Both the position numbers and the translations under genes were made by a program. A stretch of DNA of 62,513 nucleotides, filler included, from Porpidia crustulata (taxonomy: Eukaryota), in NCBI GenBank assembly GCA_964255105.1. It is 5 parts of 5 records of this genome, joined end to end, with 100 filler letters (N's around TTAATTAATTAA, not from the genome) between each part and the next. Parts side by side here need not be neighbours in the genome. Positions count along the whole stretch, not along the records: positions 25,079 to 37,495 come from CAXUWE010000537.1; 4 more parts are not named here. The stretch is one strand, 5' to 3'. Of the stretch, positions 25,106 to 37,595 are shown one piece after another (position 1 is the stretch's first letter; each line of letters opens with the position of its first letter). The notes under the pieces were generated by a model. It was not told where the DNA came from and searched no databases. It worked only from the letters and a program-made list of their open reading frames with translations.

Positions 25106-25995
25106 TGAGCGACGGGCATGGTGACGGGTTGATGATTCGCCGCGGCCGACATGGTGCATACGCGATAATTGCCAGCTGGTAGACCGCCCTTAACAGCAGC
25201 AGTCAGGCCGCCTTTGCCGTCGCCAGCGTCGTCGATGCCCTTGAAGAACACAAATTTCGTGGCGTCAGGTGCGGCTGCAGGGGCAAGGTTGGCGCCGAGG
25301 GATTGAATGGTGACGTGGACGTGGCCGACGATGTTACCGTTCTTTAGGGCTTGAGGAGCGGTGTAGTAGGTCACGGTTGGGTTGGTGAAGACGCCGGCAT
25401 TGAGATTGGCGACTTGCAGGTTCACATTGAAATCTGTGTTTGCGGCAAGGACTTTGCCGGCGACTGGGTTGGTGATGATGGTGGAAACCATGTTTGTGGT
25501 TGCGGGGATGTCGCCCATGGCTGGTCTCGAAAGTAAGCATATAGGAGAAGAGAATAGCGGGGAGATGCTTACGGATCCCGTTGCATGACCCTCCTTTGAC
25601 TTGAGCGCCATTGGTCAGGGTCTTACCGGTGCAGAAATTGATGAAATTCGCCGGATCACTGAAAGAGATAAGCAGGCGCTAACTGTTTGAGGGACCACGG
25701 CTACTCACGTTGCAGACGCGGCCTGCCCAGCTGCTACGCCGCTGACTTGGCCCTGACCGTCCGCTGCGCTTCCAGCCTGGACGTTTGCCGGATTAAGGAC
25801 AGCCTGAGCACCTCCACCCTGGGCACCTCCCCCTTGAACTTGAGCCTGGGTTCCTGTTGATAGAGCTGCTGCTGCTGCTGATGATGATGAAGCTTGATTG
25901 TTGCCTCCCTTGCCCCCACCACGAGGGTTCCCCAGAGCAATACCAGCAAATGACGAAGCGATGGTCAAAGCCGCGAAAAGTCGGTTGTAGATCAT
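25106..25995 (-). CDS. Conserved fungal secreted protein (family often mislabelled 'ribosomal protein S17'), 3' truncated; exons 25995-25709, 25658-25573, 25520-25106
   Basis: Signal peptide MIYNRLFAALTIASSFAGIALG, G/A/Q linker, then GQAASATDPANFINFCTGKTLTNGAQVKGGSCNGIPMGDIP...GHVHVTIQ...FVFFKGIDD...YRVCTMSAAANHQPVTMPVAQ. The last intron runs into the contig end. Confidence 0.8.
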
Positions 25996-27054
25996 GATGA
26001 TGCTGGTAGCTGTCGAGGTGGTAGAAATTAAAGCAGTATTGGTAGAAGAGTACTTGATAGAAAGATTAAGGATAGTGAGAGTCACACGATCAACGTATGC
26101 AGAATCAGATTGATAAAGGGTCGAAAGTAAAAGAAAGAAGGCCCCTCTAGCAGGTCGATAGACCGATGTGAAAGTTGGACTGGAAACGCAGGGCTTGACG
26201 AACAAAAGGCATCATATCAAGGTACTTGACGTCCCTATATGATATCTTGGCAGATATGAGATGAAGGGAGCTTCAACAATGCATAGACGAATTGTAGACG
26301 CTGACGGCATTGCTATACTACGGGATGTTGAACCTGGTGGAGTAGCAGGCGTCTCAAGGCCGGACTCGGCAGGTAAGTTTCTGCATGGTGACCGTTAAAG
26401 TCGCACAAGTCCTGCAGCATTGAAGGCATGACGGGGGTGCAACTGCAATAGAGAGTAGGAGAGGCAGCGATTAGAGAGAAGGGTGAGAAGTCTGAGGCAG
26501 TTCGTGTTTGAGGCCTCTCATGTCGCTTATTTAGCGCTAGGGGTTTTGCATGATTACTAATCAAGAAATCGACCTGAGGGCGACAACCGAAGGGCTCGTG
26601 GGGCTCAAGAGAAATCCCTTCCTCTAAATATTGCATAAACCTCATCTTTTACCGTAGAATCACGTCCTCTGCGTCAGGACCAGTTATTGTTGGAAGCATA
26701 CTTAAGTAACCGCAGCCGGAGCTCTTCTGCCAGATTACTCTATCACCCCAAAGTGTCTCAGTCACTCGACCTATTGTGTAACACATCCCGCTCGCCTCCA
26801 TCATCTTCTACTTTCTAATGAGCATTGTAGGGTGGGACTTACAGTCTCGAGCAACCCTGGAATGGGTGGGCTAGTGTAGAGCTTGCCGTCAGACAATATC
26901 CCATCTCAATAATATGCATTTCATGGCACGAGGATTGGAATCATTCTCGCGATGAGATGACTTGTATCACAATCGGTAAATTAGGTTTTTATGCTAGGCC
27001 TGGCTACTGTACTCGTCTCCCCCGAGCATTTACATCTGCCTTCCGTCTAGCCAT

Positions 27055-28038
27055 TCAGACAGCCATGGAGCCCTGAGAAATGGCTACTGCTGCACCAGAC
27101 AGCAGCACTCGCTGCACCTTTTTCCTGCTTGCGTCCAAGGTCACTTTAACCCTAATCAAACTATCTCGGTCAATATAGCGTCCCTGGTCAATTTCGAAGA
27201 AATAGGTCTTTCCAGCTTCGCCTTGTTGAAGAGCAAAGTATGCACTCAGAGCGCATGCTGCACTTCCAGTGGCTGGATCTTCTCCCGTCTCTGGGTCGAC
27301 CATTCGTGCCTCCACCCTTGTGAATCCTTCAGACCCATCATTGTAACTTACGGTATAGAAGTAAGGAGCAACAAACGATGGCGCCCACCCAGGGTCTAAT
27401 TCAGTAATTTTTAATTGAATCGCTCGATGACTCTGCTCAATTTGGCGAAGGATCTTTTGGTGACGAAAGCGAACAAGGATAAAGGTCATGCCCTTCACGA
27501 TGGAAACCATGGAGAAAGTGGTGCTTGGTTCTTTATCAGATTCACCGAGGCCACCTTCAATCCATTTCTCCCATATGCCATGCTCTTTGCCATCGATAAC
27601 ATTAGGCAAGGATGGTTGAGATTCCACGATCTGCTGCCAGCTTACAGCAGCTCGATGAATCCGAACATCGTGCGGTATTTCCGCCTCAGCCAAATTCGAC
27701 GCACTATCAAAACGCGCGGCTATAGGCCCAGCTTTCGTCAACAAAGATAACTGCCGTATAGCTAACTTCTTGGTTGATGCGATGTAACTGATTGTGCCGA
27801 TGGTTGCGTGGCCTGCAAAAGGCAACTCTGATTTTGTAGTGAAGATATCAATCCTCCAGGTATAGTCATCGTCTCTCTCGTGGAGAAAAACAGTTTCCGA
27901 AAAGTTGAACTCGCGAGCAATCAATTGCTTTTGTTCCTGTCCCAAGGTGGAGTTCTTTGGCACTTTGACGATCGCAAGAGGGTTGCCTTTGAACCGCTCG
28001 GTGGTGAAAACGTCCAACGTGACGAATTCAAGGCGCAT
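27055..28038 (-). CDS. PhzF/PhzC-like (diaminopimelate-epimerase fold) protein
   Basis: TLDVFT..FKGNPLA, EFNFSETVF, RIDIFT..ELPFAGHATIG and EDPATGSAA motifs. Confidence 0.9.
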   Translation of the reverse strand: MRLEFVTLDVFTTERFKGNPLAIVKVPKNSTLGQEQKQLIAREFNFSETVFLHERDDDYTWRIDIFTTKSELPFAGHATIGTISYIASTKKLAIRQLSLLTKAGPIAARFDSASNLAEAEIPHDVRIHRAAVSWQQIVESQPSLPNVIDGKEHGIWEKWIEGGLGESDKEPSTTFSMVSIVKGMTFILVRFRHQKILRQIEQSHRAIQLKITELDPGWAPSFVAPYFYTVSYNDGSEGFTRVEARMVDPETGEDPATGSAACALSAYFALQQGEAGKTYFFEIDQGRYIDRDSLIRVKVTLDASRKKVQRVLLSGAAVAISQGSMAV

Positions 28039-31000
28039 CGGGAACTGTAGATGGTTTATGACAGGCTTAGAGATGTGGGTATCGACCGAGAGTTCGTGAT
28101 GCTGACTTGCGCCAGCCACACCTTGTGATTACTACGGGCATTGGCCACTCACGTGTAACAGGCTTGCGGTATCTTAAGGAAAATGGGATGGATTTTCGCC
28201 CGTTTGCCGATTTCACCGTATATGGCGAGCAGTGATGTACCTAGATTCCTCGTCAAACGGTTTGATGGCTGGGCTTTTTGAGTTACCACCATCAATTCAA
28301 GCATTGGCTGTAATGATGCGACAAGTCAAAGGCTTCAGCCCTCGGAACGTCCTTCACACTCGATCCTGTCAGATCACCCCATACCGTGCATACTACCTTT
28401 TCGCCACTAATGAAACATCATAGGTAGTAGTCAAAGTCCTTTGTTCAGGCATACACTCTCGACATTCAAAGTAAATGTCAAAGTTAGTAGTGGTATCACA
28501 AATCACCTACAAACTTCTAACGCCATATTAATTGTAATTGATGTATCGCTGCATTTGTCTATTGGAAAGAAGCCAACTGCATTAATGAAATCCGAGAGTA
28601 AGTGATGTTTTGAGGGGGATCATATATAGATGTACACTCCTTGGTACAATGGATGGCTTGTCATAGTCTACAATATAGGAGACTACAATCCTGTTGAGGA
28701 TATACAAAGAACGGAATCTCACCATTTCTGCTTGATCTCTCTGCTCTGAATCTTCGTGAGATAATAATGCAGAGCTTCTACGCTTTAGGTCAGGTTGATG
28801 TGGGTTCGAGTTGAAAAGGAGCCGTTACGATCTCTCAAGCCATCGACGGGTGGATATAGACATCCTTCTTCATGCAGGGCGTAGCTACCTCCCTGAAAAA
28901 AGGGAAACCACTAGCATATCGATCAATTTGCCAGAAATCTTCGACGATTGATTGAATAGCACAGACTAGCAATATAACAGAGGAATCAGTCAAGGATCTG
29001 TATGTCTGGGGAAATTACCCATTTGGTGGAACTTTTGGAACAGGCTCTAAACAGGGCTCGGACGATACTCCATACGCCGATCTGGACCACAAGCTACTGT
29101 GTGACATTTCGCATATGAAGCTTCTCAGCGATTGGCTTGGATCCAGTGTGCCATAACAATGCCATGAGGTTCGGCTTTTTGCATGTACCATCTAGACGTA
29201 ACGATTCGTGTGTGGGAAGACGAGAACTTGCCCACATCCCGATACCAGCCCCAACCATTCGCGTCTCATAGGGCTTCCGATAAGCCTGCCTAAAAGCCTG
29301 ATAGGTGCCACTTAAACGATGAGCCTTGTGAGGATTGATCCATGGGTTAGGCTTCGCCGACGCAGGAAAATGATCATCTATGCCTCGGAAAGATTTTTGC
29401 TACTACCTAGCGCCAGACTTACCCAGTTGATTGGCAGCGTCCAGCGTCACTTGATATTTCGATGTGGGGAAACAAGCTTTATTTCAACTATACGAGTTGG
29501 GGTAAGACTTCGTCAGGCTGTCGCTATTATTATTGAGGCGGGTATGCGAGGCACAGATAATATTTTTGGCTCAATTGACTTCTCCGGAAGTACGCAGTGT
29601 CTCAGTGGACTCCCGAATACTGGGGCCGCATGTGTATAGCGAATCAAGGGAATCTTCCCGGGCACCTTCTTATCGCAAAGTGACACCGGCGAGACAGTGA
29701 CTCACTTATTGTCGAATATCGTGTTCTGGCTGGCTGCGAGCCAGGCATACTCGATATTGAAGAGATATGGGCCTCTAGAAAAACTTCTAGTCGCCTTGCC
29801 ACCTAAACTGCAACCATCGGATGTATGCAAGTCTTGCCGTATGCACAGAGATCGTGAAAAATGAGGAACATGAAAAGAGAGGTCGGGTGTGGCTTGATCA
29901 TACCCGCGCATATCTAAGAAGGAATAGCGACGGAAACGCGCACCAATGTGACGGCAGACTAATTAATGGTTGATGAAGCTCGACCAGTGCTGAGGACGAG
30001 CGTAACAATAATAATTGCTGAGCTGCTCTGCCGTTCATGCTAGAGATCTTGGAATTGGATGGTGGTGCGTTTGAGGTTGGCCTCTGAAGCCGTCCAGGTG
30101 ACCCTTCTTCCCAAATTAATGCCACGGCAGGCCTGCTTAAGACAGCATTGTAAGTACTGGTCTTTTCGACGGCTGAGATTGCTGGAGCCGACGCGGACAG
30201 GTAACGGAAGCGTAGGTTAGTGTGCCTCTTGCTGAACCCTGGAGGTGGCCTGGACGAGAAAGACGACACGCACCAGTGACATGGAGGCGGGCTGCATGGC
30301 ACGCGATAAATGCGTGCTTGATGGCTGACAAGAAGGTACTTTTAAGAATGGGGTACCTAGCTAGTAGGGTCTGGTAGTAACTTGTAAACGTACACATCTA
30401 GCTACTGAAGGGGGATGCAGATGGCCAACCTTAGCCAACATGCATGTAGAGCTTCAAGGGTCGTCAGTCGGAGGACTCGTGGTACAAATATTGCGATGCG
30501 CTGGATGTATGCCTGCAAGCCTGCCCATTGCATCCTTGGTCTCTCATTGGCGGGATGGAAGGATCAGTGGGAGATTTGGCGTGACTTTTCCATAAAGCTC
30601 GGGTGAAAGTGATAAAGCATCTCTCTATCTAGGAATGATGAGGGTCCTTTGGTGAGCAAGCCTGCTGAGTGGTGGCATGTCACAAAAGGAGCCCTCATCC
30701 ACAATTATTGCCAGTGCACCTATGTCACCTAACCATCTGTCGTTATTGAACCTTGGACTTGACTTACTTCATCTACTCATTTTTTCTCAATAGTAAGAGT
30801 AGCAACCTTGCTCTTTTCTGACTCGATTTTAATAAATAAAATCTGATTGATAAAATACTGGTATCATACCTACTACTGTCGCCTCTTAACCACCTCCTCC
30901 ATCGAGTAATCTCGCCGCAATCGTGCCTTACAACAGCTTCGACTCAACTCTCCCTTGTTCTATGCCTCGGCGGAAATCAACCATACTGACCTATTCTCGA

Positions 31001-31492
31001 GTCATATTTGGCTCTCCCGCCGAAACCCGTTGGAAGCCCTAAGTGTCTCAAACGACTGATTGCTCCACCGTCCCTCGTTTGCTATTCTTGCAGCCACAAC
31101 GAAAAGAGAGTGCAACGCAAGGCACATTGGAGATCACCTGTCTCACTCTCGCTATCCCGCTAGGCCACGAGTCTTTTGATATCATAATCACAGTCCGGAC
31201 AGGCAGTTTTGATTTTCTTTGTTGACAAGATTAAAGAGTGAATGAACAAGATTCCTGCATGGCAACCAGTATTTGCAGAGCCAGATATCAAAACAAACGA
31301 CTAGCACAGAAACGTTGGGGATTATATATCTCCACTATCGCTGCATCTGTAGAGCATGCAGCTTCAAGACAGCTATTAGTGGGGGCCCTTTCTAGCTCTG
31401 TCTGTCTCTACGCCTCAACGCCCCACGACGCCGCATAACGCCCTCATACCTTCTACTTCGACCCTCGATCTTACTGTACAATACTTGTCGTG

Positions 31493-33052
31493 ATGTCTAG
31501 TACATCCTCATCTCCGTCGACAGACGGCTCCGCCTTTCCATGGATTCTTGAGCATCTACTGGCCTACCCAGGCAATTACGAAATCCCACTACGGACGATG
31601 TATACACTCAACTCGACTCCGCAGCCGCAGACACAAACATGTCCTCTTCGACAGCCGGCCCGCTCAGACACACCGTCCCTATCAAACTCCGCCGAATCAA
31701 GTCCTGAAAGCTCCCCTGCGTCTCTGGTTTTCCCTCCGGATCAGCAGCAACAACTCGCAGCCTATGGCGCCACAGAGCATTTCAAGTCATGTCTCATGTC
31801 ACATATCAGCCAGCTGCCATCACAGCCATTCTCTTTGCCACCCTCATTCATAACATCCTTTGTTCGCCGGTGCTTTACCGCCGACCTGTGCCTGGTCGAC
31901 TTTACTCAGGCATTGACAGCTCTGGACTATCTCAAGGACCTGGAAAACAGAAGGAAACGGGAGCTCACACAAGTATTGCAGAGACTTGGGGTCGACAAAG
32001 AAACACTAGTACCGATGGAAAGTGACAAAAGAATAAGCAACCCGAAGATATTAGAATGGATGACGCAAATGCAAGATAAGGAACGGAAGGTCGAGGCACT
32101 GTACACACAAGTGTACTTAGGTCTCCGTCGATGGGTAGGCATAACCGATTATTTCTGCCTCAAACTGTGTTCTTTGAGTTTTGTCCTTGGGCTAACGTTG
32201 GCGTTCCATTAGACACTCATCAACGAGATGCGACTTGAGCCTTTTAACAAAAATAACAGCATTGCCATGCTAAATACTCTCTATCCTCCTACCACTGGAC
32301 CTCAGCCTACTCGTCAACTGACCGCTCATATTCTCTCTTCACAACGTAACGCGTTCTTCAGGTATATACAAGGTGTGGAGAAAAATGGCAAGGAAATACT
32401 TAAAAACCTCGAACATCAAGGACAGCGACCTGAAGACGCCAACGGCTGGGCGGTCATCAGAGATACGGTAGATAAATACCTCCGCACAGCCAATGGTGTC
32501 ATTGAGGAATGCCTTGAGGTTTCCGGCCCCGACAGCCTGGATCCTTGCAGTGAAGACCACCGATACCACAACCGCAGAGCTGACTCAGGCGTCAGCTTCG
32601 CAACCGGAGACCGTCCATCAACCAGTAGCAGTAACAACAGCGGCCGACATACGAACAAACCCCTTCCCGCCTCTCCAACAACAGCTCCGCCAGCACCATC
32701 TACACCCATCCCGAATTCCCCGAGCAAAAAGCGAGGCACTACCCTCGAGAAACTTGTACGCGAGTTCCGTAACCTTCGAACGCGCAACGACGTAAAAGAA
32801 ATCCGCAAAGATGTCAAGGACGCGCCTGCGTGCCCCGAGACACCGCTGAAAACAGAACGCACACTCAAGAAGATGAAATCCGCCAGCTCGATAGGCGGGT
32901 CTCGAGCCAAGCATACGCGGACAGGCAGCGATGATCGCTCCTTCGAGATTGACGACCTGCAGCGCCGCCGTATGATCTCGGACGCTATGCGCGAAAAGGA
33001 GAACCGGATGCCGCAATTGCGGCATACGAAGACAGAGGTTTACGAAAGATGA
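31493..33052 (+). CDS. Conserved Pezizomycotina hypothetical protein; exons 31493-32134, 32213-33052
   Basis: Coding-like blocks PWILEHLLAYPGNYEIPLRTMYTLNS, SLPPSFITSFVRRCF, VDFTQALTALDYLKDLE and LYTQVYLGLRRW/TLINEM, joined by a GT-AG intron with a GCTAAC branch point. Confidence 0.8.
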
Positions 33053-34595
33053 CGCACGGGCTAGCGATGCAACAAGGTAGTGATTTACTGAGCCATCATG
33101 ACAGCGATCGAGCGAGGGAGCAAACAAGGGCGTTTTCGTCGGGTTTTCCGGGCCAGACACGGGACGGAAAGGGGGGAACACGGCAGGCAGGGATGTACCA
33201 TTTACGACGGCACGAGAGACACGAGACGGTTCGGCACCAATTGTGATGTCTTTTTGCCACTTTTCGCCATCCTCTTCGTTGTACATATATTAAGCTTTGA
33301 TTTTGAGAGCCTTGGAGCGAGAACCAACAGAGGGCGTGTGTGGGGATGAAGGCTGTATAGTCTAGCTGGTCTTGGCCACCTGTGCGATAGGGCGTCGAAA
33401 GTAAATTAGCGTGAAATTATAGTTGTGTCAATGGAGAAGACGCGCAGAAGGTTGAGGATAGGGTTTTGCCTCGTCAGCTGGATCGACAATCGATAATCGA
33501 TAAGGTCAGTCACAATTAGGATTTGACTTTGAAACGAAGCAACCCGACCACCATCACCCGATCAGGAGTAATCGCCACTCCGAAATCCATGATTCCAAAT
33601 GTTCAATCCGATCCAACTGAGCCCTACAAAACCATCCGAGTCATCTCAATTTCCCCCCCCGCAGCTCTAGCTCAGACTTCCAGCATCTTCATCATCGCGC
33701 ATCGATCAAACCTTATCCTTAGGCTATGGGAATTGACGCGTTCACTGCCTGGGGATGTGGCGTGTGATGGATTTCGACATGATTGTGGGATCAGTGATAT
33801 AGGAACATTGTTTGCAGAGAACTGCTGCCGATATTGGGTCGTGCCGTTGCTTTTTTCGTGAGGGTATCCGTTTGTGTATAGATACTAGCAATGATATTCA
33901 ATATGCTTGGGCTGGTAATTCCTTTCAGCGCTGTTTTTGAGCTTGGTCTTCGTTCTCCCGGTGAAATGAATGGGCGCTTTGGGCGGAGTCGCGTTGAAAT
34001 CGACGCGGTTGGGTAAATTCGCAGGGCTTCTCTCCTTGTTGGATGGGAGAGCTAGGCTTTGGATGCATTTGTTTTCGGTATGTGGGCACACTGGAAATCA
34101 AAAAGGCAATAGATAGTTCTCTAAAACGTCAAGAGCTAAAACAAGATTCCCATCACCCTCTGGAGCTCAACAAGACGCTCACCAAACTCCGACTAGGATT
34201 TCTTCGAGAGACATTGCGGCTTGTGCTTGAACATAGGTAGGAAGTGTCGAGACCACTGCTTCAACCATCGCCATCGAGATCGAACGGTCCGGTGATCTCA
34301 AATCTATAATGTTCCGGCAAGAATCTCGTCTCGTAGCCGACCAATTTTACAAACAACATCGTGCAGGTCTGGAGAGTTGATTGTTAGGGCTTTATATTTC
34401 GCGTCTCTCTATCCACGTTGGCCTAGCGCGCCATCGCAATGTTACCGACGGGAGCTGTTCAGCGGCGATACGGCTTGAAAAAGATGCATTCGCAACAGCA
34501 CTACCATTATCATTTGGCTGTGTCCAACGTTAGGAAGCAATGAAAGCACTCGGAGCTCCTATTCAATTCTATAGTGTTGCCCTCCTCAGCTCGCT

Positions 34596-35693
34596 ATGGG
34601 CTCGGCCTCTCCGTATTCGGATTCCTTAGGGCCCCCGTTGCTCTCCACAGCGCGAACACCGCCAAAAGCTATTGGAGATCTCAATGTAAAACATGTTGTT
34701 TTGGGCGACATCTTATTCAGAACCTGGTATCCTTCGTTCTACCCAGACGAGCTCGTTGGAAGGGAATTAGAGCGGCTTTATGTCTGCCAGGCGTGCTTCA
34801 AGTACTCAAAGGAGGTCGTGCCTTTTCTGGCACATATAGTCAGTACCTTCTTTCCGACATTTGAGACTCTTGCACATCAAGCGTATGGTGCTAAAGGTTT
34901 CTTCTAGAGACTATGTCCACCAATACCTGGAGCTCCACCCGGACGAATGATATATACCAAAGACTCCTACGCGATCTATGAAGTCGATGGGGAAGAGCAT
35001 CAGGTCAGCGCTACATTCTTGTTTGGGTGTGAGTTGGAATATTGAGCTAAGCCGATTATCTAGCTTTTCGCGCAGAATCTGTCACTATTTGCGAAGCTCT
35101 TCCTTGATAATAAGTCCGTATTTTTCGACGTTATGTCCTTTAATTACTACCTCTTAGTCCATACAGCTTCCTCTGCCAACGATCCTCTACAAAAGCCGCC
35201 CCAAATAATCGGGTTTTTTAGCAAAGAGAAGATGAGTTGGGACAATAACAACCTGGCTTGCATTCTCATTTTCCCGCCTTGGCAACGGCAAGGTCTAGGC
35301 AAGATTCTCATGGGCGTGAGCTATGAGCTGAGCAAGCGTGAAGGTCGTCTTGGTGGGCCAGAAAGGCCATTGAGTGAGCTTGGGAGAAAGGGATATGCCA
35401 AGTTCTGGGAAACAAGAATTGCACAATCTATTCTTCGCATGAAAACGAAGACCACAATGACCTTGAAGGAAATTGCGGAAGCGTGTTGGATGCTACCAGA
35501 GGACGTAATCATGGTTCTGCAAGAGATGGATGTCGTTACACCAAGTAAGAGAACAGACGGGACAGTGATGATAAGCAAGGCGAGGGTGAGACAATGGGTC
35601 AGTGCAAATAACATAGATCTAACTCCTCCGGTCGATGAGAAGGGGATTTTGGGGGAATGGAATCCAGGGGACGTTCAAAACGGACATTTATGA
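34596..35693 (+). CDS. SAS2: MYST-family histone acetyltransferase, Sas2-like; exons 34596-34838, 34908-35003, 35064-35693 (possible extra in-frame 5' exon 34439-34528)
   Basis: TWYPSFYP, C2HC finger YVCQACFKY, YEVDGEEH, QNLSLFAKLFLDNKSVFFDV, GFFSKEK, NNLACILIFPPWQRQGLG, GGPERPLSELG. No chromodomain, so not Esa1. Confidence 0.88.
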
Positions 35694-36149
35694 AAGATGA
35701 TCTCACATGTCCCAAGGCATATTTGCTGTTACTTTGAGTCACGGCTCTTGGATTTGCAGTCATAAAATTTGATGGTCATTTACCGATCATCTGGGTGTTC
35801 TGAATCTTGGAAAAAAGTTCAATTCGACACCACCCGTTTGAAGTATGTCCAACTCGGAATCGAAGTTTTGCTACTTATTAATCAATAGACAGCAATCAAG
35901 AGGCAGTCTTTGCTGCCAGTATGCACGGCGATCAACACTTTCGGAATAAGCCTCTCCCAGAAGACTTCAACGCTATATGAAGATTTAACCTCACCACCTT
36001 CGCTCTTGTGAACCTGTGAGCTGCCCAAGACTATATTTTGAATAACAAGCCTTACATCAAAGGGCAATATTGCGTTTCGGCCCATGTGCCCCATGGTAAC
36101 CGCATCACCCAAGCCATCTCTGCAAGGTCTTCACTATACCGCTCAGACA

Positions 36150-36994
36150 ATGCTTGCTGTGGGGCTAAAAAAGTGGGTGCCTAAAATGCTTAGCCAAAGC
36201 AAGAGGCTGATTACTGCCAAAGTGCGCGTGAAGTGAAGTGTGACCTAGTCACATCTTGCGAAGACCGTCCATGAGCGATGCATCGAGTAGTACTATGCAC
36301 TTGGTCCAGCTTTTTCAAGAATGCATGCAAGGACAGCTTTAAGGAATGCCACCTCAGCACAACAATCGGGGGATAGCACCCGCTTACCTTGACGAAGGAA
36401 GGCGCTTCAAAGAAGATGATCCGGACACCGTCGGGAAGATGATCGACTTCTGCTATAACTACGACTATGACAGGTTGAGTTTGACGTTCGATGGCGAGTA
36501 TACTTCCTCAATGAGCCACGCCAGGATGTACCTCATTGCCGACAAGTACCATATCAGCCTCCTGAGAGATCTCGCCCGGAAGGAATTCAAAGACGATATC
36601 CAGGGGTCTCTGCGACCAGAGCGCGTTGTCAATCTCATTGAAGCGGTATATGAGAACACTGTTTCTTCCGACCGTGATCTCAAACACTATCTTCCTTCCG
36701 TGTTAAACCAATACAAGAGTGAACTACGCAGGAAACTAAACCTTAATGGATTTGATTCGATCTGGTGGTCATCAATGCTTGCACCGACTGGATATAAAAC
36801 CCTCAGTCTCAATATCGAAGACCATACCAAATAGACCCCTCGAGTCAATTTCTCCCAAGTACTTCTGCCACGCTATCCAGGATTCCTTCTTTACTCCAGG
36901 GGCGATTGAAGTTGAGACTAGAAGTTGCCACTCCTGCTCCAGCGAGCTTGTGACCGACGACGGTGGGATTTTCTTCTTGGAGAAGGGTGCATAA
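36150..36994 (+). pseudogene. BTB/POZ-domain gene, disrupted
   Basis: Reads CDLVTSCEDRP*AMHRVVLCTWSSFFKNACKDSFK with an in-frame TGA at 36272-36274. After a frame change it continues EDDPDTVGKMIDFCYNYDY...HARMYLIADKYHISLLRDLA. The expected intron donor after FK reads GAATGC rather than GTATGC. Outer boundaries are approximate. Confidence 0.7.
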
Positions 36995-37340
36995 TCTAGA
37001 TCAGAGGTTATTATGAGGCGAGAAATGGTGTTTGAGGGCGTTTATGCAAGGAATTTCTTGCTAGATAGATATCACGAATGTTCACGTTAACCGTCAATAC
37101 ATATCGGGAGGCTTGCGTATGGGTTTTGCCAAGATTTGTGATATAGGGGGAAGATTGAATGTTTATCTGCTGCGGAGATTCATGATTTTGTTGTTTAGAG
37201 TGGAGATGTTTATTTTCGATTATACTTCTCGCTCACGCTTTTGCTTTCTACTTGGAAACATACATCACCTCATCCCCCCACCTCCATCTATCTAACCACA
37301 TCTCCAAAGTTCCCTCGCCCTCACCCTCCCCGAATTCAAA

Positions 37341-37423
37341 TTCTCATTCCCTCATTTCCTCATTTCCTCATTCCCTCATTCCCTCATTCCCTCAATCCCT
37401 CAATCCCTCAATCCCTCATTCCC
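37341..37423 (+). repeat. 8-bp minisatellite (CCTCATTC/CCTCATTT/CCTCAATC, ~10 copies)
   Basis: Directly visible tandem array near the contig end. Confidence 0.85.
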
Positions 37424-37495
37424 ACAAACACATATTCAATCAATCAAAATATCACACGAACCCAGACTTGAAAACACCCCCCCCCAAACAAACAA

Positions 37496-37595
37496 NNNNN
37501 NNNNNNNNNNNNNNNNNNNNNNNNNNNNNNNNNNNNNNNTTAATTAATTAANNNNNNNNNNNNNNNNNNNNNNNNNNNNNNNNNNNNNNNNNNNN
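37496..37595. other. Artificial contig-joining linker
   Basis: N44-TTAATTAATTAA-N44. Confidence 0.98.

Noticed and set aside
27055..28038. Phenazine biosynthesis locus or horizontal transfer
   Set aside because: A lone PhzF-like gene is common in fungi, and there are no phzA/B/D/E/G neighbours.
28795..28830. tRNA-like GGTTCGAG (B-box) motif
   Set aside because: No T-stem, acceptor stem or D-arm pairing around it.
32416..33286. Antisense ORFs of 164 and 222 aa
   Set aside because: Shadows of the GC-rich, low-complexity C-terminus of the plus-strand gene.
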